Notes under the pieces: generated by a model
Database searches by the model: none
The model's input: the letters and a program-made list of their open reading frames with translations, nothing else
Told to the model about the DNA's origin: nothing
In this document: positions 24,894 through 35,724 of the stretch, piece by piece
How positions within the stretch are numbered: position 1 is the first letter of the stretch
Layout: each line of letters begins with the position of its first letter
Position numbers and translations under genes: made by a program
Assembly (NCBI RefSeq): GCF_963921235.1
Contig: NC_086097.1
Coordinates: forward strand, 256,000,001 to 256,064,000
Length of the DNA: 64,000 bases
Direction of reading: 5' to 3'
Origin: Mobula hypostoma
Lineage: Eukaryota

Positions 24894-27003
24894 GAGAGCA
24901 GATGTGCGTGAAATGGGGGAGATGCGTTTGAGAGCAGAGTTGATGGTGGTGGAAGGGAAGCCCCTTTCTTTAAAAAAGGAGGACATCTCCCTCGTCCTGG
25001 AATGAAAAGCCTCATCCTGAGAGCAGATGCGGCGGAGACGGAGGAATTGCGAGAAGGGGCTGGCATTTTTGCAAGAGACAAGGTGAGAAGAGGAATAGTC
25101 CAGATAGCTGTGAGAGTCAGTAGGCTCATAGTAGACATCAGTGGATAAGCTGTCTCCAGAGATAGAGACAGAAAGATCTAGAAAGGGGAGGGAGGTGTTG
25201 GAAATGGACCAGATAAACTTGAGGGCAGGGTGAAAGTTGGAGGCATAGTTAATAAAGTCAACGAGCTCAGCATGTGTGCAGGAATCAGCGCCAATGTAGT
25301 CGTCGATGTAGCGAAGGAAAAGTGGGGGACAGATACCAGAATAGGTTCAGAACATAGATTGTTCCACAAAGCCAACAAAAAGGCAGGCATAGCTCGGACC
25401 CATATGGGTGCCCATAGCTACACCTTTAGTTTGGAGGAAGTGGGAGGAGCCAAAAGAGAAATTATTAAGAGTAAGGACTAGACAAAGCAGAGTGGTGGTA
25501 GAGGGGAACTGATTAGGTCTGGAATCAAAAAAGAAGCGGACAGCTTTGAGACCTTCCCGATGGGGGATGGAAGTATATAGGGACTGGACATCCATGGTGA
25601 AAATAAAGCGGTGGGGGCCAGGGAACTTAAAATCATTGAAAAGTTTAAGAGCGTGAGAAGTGTCACGAAGATAGGTAGGAAGGGATTGAACAAGGGGGGA
25701 TAAAACCGTGTTGAGGTATGCAGAAACGAGTTCGGTGGGGCAGTAGCAAGCTGAGACAATAGGTATGCCAGGATAGGCAGGTTTGTGGATCTTGGGTAGG
25801 AGGTAGAAATGGGAAGTGCGAGGTGTGGGAACTATAAGGTTGGTAGCAGTGGATGGGAGATCCCCTGAGCGGATAAAGTCGGTGATGGTGTGGGAGACAA
25901 TGGCCTTGTGCTCCTTAGTGGGGTCACGATCGAGGGGTAAATAAGAGGAGGTATCCGCGAGTTGTCGCTGTGCCTCGGCAAGGTAGAAGTCAGTACGCCA
26001 GACTACAACAGTACCTCCCTTATCGGCGGGTTTAATAGTAAGGTTAGGATTAGTGCGGAGGGAGTGGAGAGCAGAGCGTTCGGAAGGAGTAAGGTTGGAA
26101 TGGAAACAAGGTGCGGTGAAATCGAGACCGTTAATGTCCTGTTGGCAGTTAGCAATAAACAGATCCAGAGCGGGGTGTCCATGAAGAAGAGGAGGGTTGA
26201 AGATGGGAGAAGGGATCATCAGTGGGGTTGGAAGAGTCCTTGCCGAAGAAGTAGGCTCGGAGACGGAGAGGGCGGAAGAAGAGTTCCGCATCATGGCGAA
26301 CGCGGAACTCGCTGAGGTGTGGGCGAAGGGGGACAAAGGTGAGGCCCTTACTGAGGACAGAGCGTTCTGCCTCCGACAGTTGAAGGTCCGAGGGGATGTT
26401 AAAGACCCGGCACGGATGAGAGCTGGGATCAGAGAGGGGAGGGGGGAGGCTGGGGGTGTCAGTGGAGAGGGGAGGGTTGGGATGAGAGGAAGATGGAGCC
26501 CCTGAGGGCCCAGGAGCTGACGGTGGGATCTGAGGGAGACGGGGTTGCAGAGTGGTGGTGGGGGAAGGGGAGACGGGAGTCACAATAGCAGCACATAAAG
26601 ACCAGGCCTGGAGTTCAAAGCTGGAGTTGCAGTTCCATTATTCCCACTCTTTCCCTCCTGCCAATCAGCCACTGTTTTATCCATGCCAGTAACTTTCCTG
26701 TAATACCATGGGCTCTTAACTTGTTAAGCAGCCTCGTAAGGCATGGCGTTCTGAAAGTCCAGATCCACAACATCCACCAATTCTCTTTTGTTTATCCTGC
26801 TTGTTATTTCTCCAAGGAATTCCAACATATTTGTCAGGCAAGATTTTCCCTTGAGGAAAACAAACTGATTACAGCCTATTTTGTCATGTACCTCCAAGTA
26901 CCCCGAAACCACATCCAGATCAGAGTAGAAAAGCCAATAGCAGACATCCCACCCTGCAAAAACTGATTTCAGGGAGGTAGCACCACCAATTTGCGGGAGA
27001 CTT

Positions 27004-30000
27004 ATAGAAACATAGAAAATAGGTGCAGGAGTAGGCCATTCGGCCCTTCGAGCCTGCACTGCCATTCAGTATGATCATGGCTGATCATCTAACTCAGAAC
27101 TCTGTACCAGACTTCCCTCCATACCCCCTGATCCCTTCAGCCACAAGGGCCATATCTAACTCCCTCTTAAATATAGCCAATGAACTGGCCTCAACTGTTT
27201 CCTGTGGCAGAGAATTCCACAGATTCTCCACTCTCTGTGTGAAGACGTTTTTCCTAATCTCGGTCCTACAAGGCTTCCCCTTTATCCTCAAACTGTGACC
27301 CCTCGTTCTGGACTTCCCCAACATCGGGAACAATCTTCCTGCATCTAGCCTGTCCAATCCCTTTAGGATTTTATATGTTTCAATAAGATCCCCCCTCAAT
27401 CTTCTAAATTCCAACGAATATAAGCCTAGTCGATCCAGTCTTTCATCATATGAAAGTCCTCCCATCCCAGGAATCAATCTGGTGAACCTTCTTTGTACTC
27501 CCTCTATGGCAAGGATGTCTTTCCTCAGATTAGGGGACCAAAACTGCACACAATACTCCAGGTGTGGTCTCACCAAGGCCTTGTACAACTGCAGTAGTAC
27601 CTCCCTGCTCCTGTACTCGAATCCTCTTGCTATGAATGCCAGCATACCATTTGCCCTTTTCACCGCCTGCTGTACCTGCATGCCCACTTTCAATGACTGG
27701 TGTACAATGACACCTCGGTCTCGTTGCACCTCCCCTTTTCCTAAGGGCCACCATTCAAATAATAATCTGTTTTCCTGCTTTTGCCACCAAAGTGGATAAC
27801 CTCACATTTATCCACATTAAATTGCATCTGCCATGAATGTGCCCACTCACCTAACCTATCCAAGTCACCCTGCATCCTCTCAGCATCCTCCTCACAGCTA
27901 ACACTGCCGCCCAGCTTCGTGTCATCCACAAACTTGGAGATGCTGCATTTAATTCCCTCATCTAAGTCATTAATATATATTGTAAACAACTGGGGTCCCA
28001 GCACTGAGCCTTGCGGTACCCCACTAGTCACTGCCTGCCATTCTGAAAAGGTCCCGTTTATTCCCACTCTTTGCTTCCTGTCTGCCAACCAATTCTCTAT
28101 CCACATCAATACCTTACCCCCAATACCGTGTGCTTTAAGTTTGCACACTAATCTCCAGTGTGGGACCTTGTCAAAAGCCTTTTGAAAATCCAAATATACC
28201 ACATCCACTGGTTCTCCCCTATCCACTCTACTAGTTACATCCTCAAAAAATTCTATGAGATTCGTCAGACATGATTTTCCTTTCACAAATCCATGCTGAC
28301 TTTGTCCGATCATTTCACCGCTTTCCAAATGTACTGTTAACACATCTTTGATAACCGACTCCAGCAGTTTCCCCACCACCGACGTTAGGCTAACCGGTCT
28401 ATAATTCCCCGGTTTCTCTCTCCCTCCTTTTTTAAAAAGTGGGGTTACATTAGCCACCCTCCAATCCTCAGGAACTAGTCCAGAATCTAACGAGTTTTGA
28501 AAAATTATCACTAATGCATCCACTATTTCTTGGGCTACTTCCTTAAGCACTCTAGGATGCAGACCATCTGGCCCTGGGGATTTATATGCCTTCAATCCCT
28601 TCAATTTACCTAACACCACTTCCCTACTAACATGTATTTCGCTCAGTTCCTCCATCTCACTGGACCCTCTGTCCCTTAGTATTTCCGGAAGATTATTTAT
28701 GTCCTCCTTGGTGAAGACAGAACCAAAGTAATTATTCAATTGGTCCCCATAATCAATTCACCTGTTTCTGTCTGTAGGGGACCTACATTTGTCTTTACCA
28801 GTCTTTTTCTTTTCACATATCTATAAAAGCTTTTACAGTCAGTTTTTATGTTCCCTGCCAGTTTTCTCTCATAATCTTTTTTCCCCTTCCTAATTAAGCC
28901 CTTTGTCCTCCTCTGCTGGACTCTGAAATTCTCCCAGTCCTCAGGTGAGCCACTTTTTCTGGCTAATTTGTATGCTTCTTCTTTGGAATTAACACTATCC
29001 CTAATTTCCCTTGTCAGCCACGGGTGCACTACTTTCCCTGATTTATTCTTTTGCCAAACTGGGATGAACAATTGTTGTAGCTCATCCATGCGATCTTTAA
29101 ATGCTTGCCATTGCATATCCACCGTCAACCCGTTAAGTGTCATTTGCCAGTCTATCTTAGCTAATTCACGTCTCATACCTTCAAAGTTACCCTTCTTTAA
29201 GTTCAGAACCTTTGTTTCTGAATTAACTATGTCACTCTCCATCTTAATGAAGAATTCTACTATATTATGGTCACTCTTACCCAAGGGGCCTCTCACGACA
29301 AGATTGCTAATTAACCCTTCCTCATTGCTCAATACCCAGTCTAGAATAGCCTGCTCTCTAGTTGGTTCCTCGACATGTTGGTTCAAAAAACCATCCCGCA
29401 TACATTCCAAGAAATCCTCTTCCTCAGCACTCTTACCAATTTGGTTCACCCAATCTATATGTAGATTGAAGTCACCCATTATAACTGCTGTTCCTTTATT
29501 GCACACATTTCTAATTTCCTGTTTAATACCATCTCCGACCTCACTACTACTGTTAGGTGGCCTGTACACAACTCCCACCAGCGTCTTCTGCCCCTTAGTG
29601 TTACGCAGCTCTCCCCATATCGATTCCACATCCTCCCGGCTAATATCCTTCCTTTCTATTGTGTTAATTTCCTCTCTAACCAGCAATGTTACCCCACCTC
29701 CTTTTCTTTCATGTCTATCTCCCCTGAATGTTGAGCTCCCATCCTTGGTCACCCTGGAGCCATGTCTCTGTGATCTCAACTATATCATATGCATTAATAA
29801 CAATCTGCACTTTTAATTCAGTCACCTTGTTACGAATGCTCCTTGCATTGACACACAAAGCCTTCAGGCTCGCTGTTACAACACTCTTAGCCCTTATACA
29901 ATTATGTTGAAAAGTGGCCCTTTTTGATGCTTGCCCTGAATTTGTCGGCCTGCCACTTTTACTTTTCACCTTACTACTTTTTGCTTCTACCCTCATTTTA

Positions 30001-31187
30001 CACCCCTCTGTCTCTCTGCACTTGTTCTCATCCCCCTGTTGTGAACTAATCTCCTCTCTCCTAGTCTCTTTAATTTGATTCCCACCCCCCAACCATTCTA
30101 GTTTAAAGTCACCTCAGTAGCCCTCACAAATCTCCCCTGCAGGATATTGGTCTCCCTAGTATTCAAGTGTAACCTGTCCTTTTTGTACAGGTCACACCTG
30201 TGCCAAAAGAGGTCCCAATGATCCAAAAACTTGAATCCCTGCCCCCTGCTCCAATCCCTCAGCCACGCATTTATCCTCCACCTCATTGCATTCCTACTCT
30301 CACTGTCGCGTGGCACAGGCAGTCATCCCGAGATTTTTCTCAACTCCCTTTCTAACTCCCTATATTCTCCTTTCAGGACCTCTTCCCTTTTCCTACCTAT
30401 ATGTAATGAGGTATATTGGTACCTATATGTACCACGACCTCTGGCTCCTCACCCTCCCACTTCAGGATATCTTGGAGGCGATCAGAAATATCCCGGACCC
30501 TGGCACCAGGGAGGCAAACTACCATCCGAGTCTCTGGACTGCGTCCACAGAATCGCCTATCTGACCACCTTACTATCGAGTCCCCTATTACAACTGCCCT
30601 CCTCTTCCTTTCCCTACCCTTCTGAGCTACAGGGCCGGACTCTGTGCCGGAGGCACAGCCACTGTCGCTTCCCCCGGGTAAGCTGTCCCCCCCAACAGTA
30701 CTCAAACAGGAGTACCTATTGTCAAGGGGCACAGCCAGGGTACCTGACTCTTCCCCTTCCCCCTCCTAACCGTGACCCACTTGTCTGCCTCCCGTGGCCC
30801 CGGTGTGACCACCTGCCTGTAACTCTTCTCTGTCAATTCCTCACTCTCCCTGACCAGACGAAGGTCATCGAGCTGCAGCTCCAGTTCCCTAACGCGGTCC
30901 CTTAGGAGCTGCAGCTCGGCACACGTGGCGCAGATGTGGACGTCCAGGAGGCTTGCAGACTCCACGACCTCCCACATCTGGCACCGAGAACAACAAGCTG
31001 CCCTCACACTCATACTGCCCCTCTCCTGAAATAACAACAAAAACCTTCCTCGCCTCTCCCGTTCCCGCCTAAGCCCTTAAACCTTCACTCTGCTCCTGGT
31101 TCACTCTGCAGCCCGCAAACTATGTTGCCTGCTGTATGAGGCTGTGTTCTTTTTAAATCTTCCGCGCTTCACTGCCCAACGTCACAC
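27004..31187 (-). mobile_element. Full-length CR1 subfamily B, disabled
   Basis: 5' UTR about 31015-31187; ORF1 pieces 30098-31040; ORF2 pieces 27094-30092 with frameshifts. Tail (tttctatg)n; TSD actt at 27000-27003 and 31188-31191. Confidence 0.95.
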
Positions 31188-31469
31188 ACTTCCGGGAGAG
31201 GTGGGATGTCTGCAATAGAGTAGTTCCTTAGCAGCTAGCCAGCTAGTTTAAATAACGTTAGCTATGCTAATGAACGAATGACACCTGTTAAACTCACCTC
31301 AACATGTCTTTTACAGTCTTAACCCACCATGGGCAATAGAAAAGTCACTGTTGCAAACAGAGCAGCGAGCAACACTGTCATTATTTTTGACCCCTATTAG
31401 GCAGGGGTACACTTTAGTGTAGTCTGGGGTGACGTACGTTTTATTTTTTTTGGAACACTCTGCCATGGC

Positions 31470-31640
31470 GCACTCTCACTCTCTCTCTTGCTCGCGCTCT
31501 CTCTCGTGGTCTCTTGCGCTCTCGCTTGCTTTCTCTCTCTCTCACTCCTTCATTTGCTTGCTCTCGCACTCCCTCTCGCTTGCTTTCTCTCTCGTGCTCT
31601 CGCTTTCTTGATCTCACGCGCTCTCTCGCTTGCTCACTCC
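31470..31640. repeat. Degenerate (CT)n/(CTCTCG)n microsatellite
   Basis: Visible directly; it produces the SL- and RE-rich spurious ORFs. Confidence 0.9.
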
Positions 31641-33407
31641 AAAAAAATTGATTTCTGTGATATTGTATATAATTTGCGGGCATCAGGGAGCCACTATTCA
31701 TCTGCGGGAGGCTCCCGGAACTTCTGGGATAGTTGGGATGTCTGCAGTAGTGGGTCGCTACAGCAAAAAAGAGCTTTGACCAGTGACCAATTGACGTTTG
31801 GGATTGATTAGCAAGAGCAAATTAAAGTCAGGCAAGGGTAAGAGCAAGGGCTGTCGTTGCAGCAGACAGAGTCAGAGTGATGATCTTGAGGCTTTAGTTC
31901 TTCAAGGCTTCCACCAAGACAAACTTCAGTCAGAGAAAGAAGAGCTCAAGGTTAAGCTTCTTTTTCCACTTCCCTTCTTTATATCTGCTCAGCTAGGTAT
32001 AAGACTATATCGGAGCAGAATTAAGCCATTCAGCCAATCTATCATGGCTGATCCCGGATCTCACTTAACCCCACACACTTGCCTTCTTGCCAGATCCTTT
32101 GATGTCCTGACCAATCATGAAACAATCAATTCCACCTTAAATACACCCATGGGCTTGGCCTTCACCGCAGAGCCTTCCACAGATTTACTATTCTCTTGAT
32201 AAAAAAATTCCTCCTCACCTCTGTTCTAAAGGGTCGCCCCACAATTTTGAGGCTGTGCCCCCTAGTTCTGGATACCCCCACCAGAGAAAACATCCTCTCC
32301 ACATTCAACCTATCTAGTCCTTTCAACATTCGGTAAGTTTAAGGCCATTCGGCCCATTGAGTCTGCTCTACCATTCAACCATGGCTGATCCAATTCTTCC
32401 AGTCATCCCATCTCCACTGCCTTCTCCCCATACCCTTTGATGCCCTGGCTAATCTCTGCCTTAATACACCCAATAACTTGGCCTCCTCAGCTGCTCGTGG
32501 CCTTAATACACCCAATAACTTGGCCTCCTCAGCTGCTCGTGGCAACAAATTCCACAGATTTGCCACCCTCTGACTAAAGTAATTTCTCCGCATCTCAGTT
32601 CTAAAAGGACATCTTTCAATCCTGAAGTCGTGCCCTCTTGTTGTAGACTCCCCTCCCAAGGGAAATACCTTTGCCATATCTAATCCATTCAGGCCTTTTA
32701 ACATTCAGAATGTTTCTATTAGATCTCCCCTCATTCTCCTGAACTCCAGGGAATACAGCCCAAGAGCTGCCAGACATTCCTCATACAGTAACTCTTTCAT
32801 TCCTGGAATCATTCTATTGAATCTTCTCTGAACCCTCTCCAATGTCAGTATATCCTTTCTAAAACAAGGAGCCCAAAACTGCACACAATACTCCAAGGGT
32901 GGTCTCACGAGTGCCTGATAGAGCCTCAACATCACATCCCTGCTCTTATATTCTATACCTCTACAAATGAATGCCAACATTGAACACAGAACATAGAATA
33001 GTACAGCACATTACAGGCCCTTCGGCCCACAACGTTCTGCCAACCCTCAAACCCTGCCTCCCATATAACCCCCCACCTTAAATTCCTCCATATACCTGTC
33101 TAGTAGTCTCTTAAACTTCACTAGTGTATCTGCCTCCACCACTGACTCAGGCAGTGCATTCCACGCACCAACCACTCTCTGAGTAAAAAACCTTCCTCTA
33201 ATATCCCCCTTGAACTTCACACCCCTTACCTTAAAGCCATGTCCTCTTGTATTGAGCAGTGGTGCCCTGGGGAAGAGGCGCTGGCTATCCACTCTATCTA
33301 TTCCTCTTATTATCTTGTACACCTCTATCAGGTCTCCTCTCATCCTCCTCCTCTCCAAAGAGTAAAGCCCTAGCTCCCTTAATCTCTCATCATACCCATA
33401 GTGCATT

Positions 33408-34132
33408 CATACCCATAGTCATAGTCATACTTTATTGATCCCGGGGGAAATTGATTTTCGTTACAGTTGCACCATAAAGAATAAATAGTAATAGAACCAT
33501 GTAAAAGTTGCTGGTGAACGCAGCAGGCCAGGCAGCATCTCTAGGAAGAGGTGCAGTCGACGTTTCAGGCCGAGACCCTTCGTCAGGTCTCGGCCTGAAA
33601 CGTCGACTGCACCTCTTCCTAGAGATGCTGCCTGGCCTGCTGCGTTCACCAGCAACTTTTATGTGTGTTGCTTGAATTTCCAGCATCTGCAGAATTCCTG
33701 TTGTTTGAGTAATAGAACTATAATAGTTAAATAGTAATATGTAAATTATGCCAGTAAATTATGAAATAAATCCAGAACCAGCCTATTGGCTCAGGGTGTC
33801 TGATCCTCCAAGGGAGGAGTTGTAAAGTTTGATGGCCACAGGCAGGAATGACTTCCTATGACGCTCTGTGTTGCATCTCAGTGGAATGAGTCTCTGGCTG
33901 AATGTACTCCTGTGCCCACTCAGTACATTCTGTAGTGGATGGGAAACATTGACCAAGATCGCATGCAACTTAGACAGCATCCTCTTTTCAGACACCACCG
34001 TGAGAGTCCAGTTCCATCCCCACAACATCACTGGCCTTACGGATGAGTTTGTTTATTCTGTTGGTGTCTGTTACCCTCAGCCTGCTGCCCCAGCACACAA
34101 CAGCAAACATGATAGCACTGGCCACCACAGCA
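33408..34132 (-). mobile_element. Rex1/Babar-type LINE 3' end
   Basis: SAIMFAVVCWG...SHPLQ...TERHRKSFLPVAIKLYN, then AATAAA and a (gactat)n tail at 33408-33437. Interrupted by the 33498-33707 insertion. Confidence 0.82.
33498..33707. mobile_element. 210-bp PLE-derived fold-back insertion
   Basis: Perfect 76-bp inverted arms at 33502-33577 and 33586-33661 with an 8-nt loop. 11-bp TSD agtaatagaac at 33487-33497 and 33708-33718. Confidence 0.92.
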
Positions 34133-35724
34133 CTTCCACGCACCAACCACTCACTGAGTAAAAAACCTTCCTCTAATATCCCCCTTGAACTTCCCACCCC
34201 TTACCTTAAAGTCATGTCCTCTTGTATTGAGCAGTGGAAGAGGCGCTGGCTATCCACTCTATCTATTCCTCTTAATATCTTGTATACCTCTATCATATCT
34301 CCTCTCATCCTCTTTCTCTCCAAAGAGTAAAGCCCTAGCTCCCTTAATCTCTCATCATAATCCATGCTCTCTAAACCAGACAGCATCCTGGTAAATCTCC
34401 TCTGTACTCTTTCCAATGCTTCCACATCCTTCCTATAGTGAGGCGACCAGAACTGGACACAGTACTCCAAGTGTGGCCTAACCAGAGTTTTATAGAACTG
34501 CATCATTACCTCGCATCTCTTAAACTCTATCTCTCGACTTATGAAAGCCAACACTCCATAAGCTTTCTTAACTACCCTATCTGCCTGTGAGGGAACTTTC
34601 AGGGATCTGTGGACATGTACCCCCAGATCCCTCTGCTCCTCCACACTGCCAAGTATCCTGCCATTTACTTTGTACTCTGCCTTGGAGTTTGTCCTTCCAA
34701 AGTGTACCACCTCACACTTCTCTGGGTTGAACTCCATCTACCACTTTTCAGCCCACTTCTGCATTTGCCTTCTTCACCACTGACTCAACCTGGAGGTTAA
34801 CCTGCACAAGGACTCCCAAGTCCCTTTGCATCTCTGCATTTTGAATTCTCTCTCCATCTAAATAATAGTCTGCCCGTTTATTTCTTCCACCAAAGTGCAT
34901 GGCCATACACTTTCCAACATTGTATTTCATTTGCTCATTCCCCTAAACTTCTAAGTCTCTCTGTTTCCTCAACACTACCCACTCCTCCACCTATCTTTGT
35001 ATCATCAGCAAACTTAGCCAGAAATCCATTAATCCCATAGTCCAAATCATTGACAAAAAGCAAAAAGCAGCAGTCCCAACACCAAACTCTGTGAAACTCC
35101 ACTGGTAACCGGCAGCCAGCCAGAACAGAATCCCTTTATTCCCACTCTCTGCTTTCTGCTGATCAGCCAATGCTCCACTCATGCTTCCCTGTAAATCCAT
35201 GTGCTCTTATCTTGCTAAGCACCTTCCTGTGCGGGCACCTTGTCAAAGGCTTATTGAAAATCCAAGTACACCACATCCACTGCATCTCCTTTGTCTACCC
35301 TGATTGTAATTTCCTAAAAAAATTGCAATAAGTTTGTCAGGCAGGATTTTCCTTTCAGGAAACCACGCTGGCTTTGGCCTATCTTGTCATGTGCCTCCAG
35401 TTACTCTGTAATCTCATCACTAACAATCGATTCCAACAACTTCCCAACCACTGATGTCAGGCTGACAGGTCTCTGGTTTCCTTTCTGCTGCCTCCCACTC
35501 TTCTTAAATAGCAGAGTAGCATTTGCAATTTTTCATTTTCTCCTTCCTACTTAGTTTCCTTCTGCAAATTTTTAAAAGCTTCCTAATCCTCCGTGTTGCC
35601 ACGAGCTCTGGCTTCATTGTATGCCCTCTCTTTTGCTTTTACATTGGCTCTGACCACTTGTCAGCCACGCTAGTGTCCTTCTTCCACTTGCAAATTTCTT
35701 CTTATTTGGAATACATAGCACAAA

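Larger units (their letters stand above)
19500..26632 (-). mobile_element. Near-full-length Penelope-like element (about 2.8 kb), split by a CR1: 19500-20591 and 24899-26632
   Basis: RT N-half (PADKG, LPKIHK, DVQSLYTSIP, GVAMG) in 25347-26336; GIY-YIG in 19934-20260. 15-bp TSD ttccattattcccac at 19485-19499 and 26633-26647. Confidence 0.95.
26941..31744. mobile_element. Non-autonomous TIR element (CAGACATCCCA...TGGGATGTCTG), split by a CR1: 26941-27003 and 31192-31744
   Basis: Left end cagacatcccacc at 26941. Right ends ggtgggatgtctg (to 31212) and gttgggatgtctg (to 31744). Flanks are caatag, caatag and cagtag. Confidence 0.65.
32000..35720 (-). mobile_element. Stack of minus-strand CR1 3' fragments (32000-32340, 32340-32980, 32983-33400, 34133-34760, 34760-35720)
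   Basis: Repeated LVRPHLEYCVQFW, ERRRMRGDLIE and FFTQRVV motifs, with separate 3' UTRs and tails. Confidence 0.85.

Noticed and set aside
28968..29816. Long antisense ORFs (also 44062-44880 and 59027-59803) as separate genes
   Set aside because: They are reverse-frame shadows of CR1 ORF2 and recur only because the copies are near-identical.
31429..31811. RE-rich or SL-rich small proteins
   Set aside because: They are translations of the CT-rich microsatellite.
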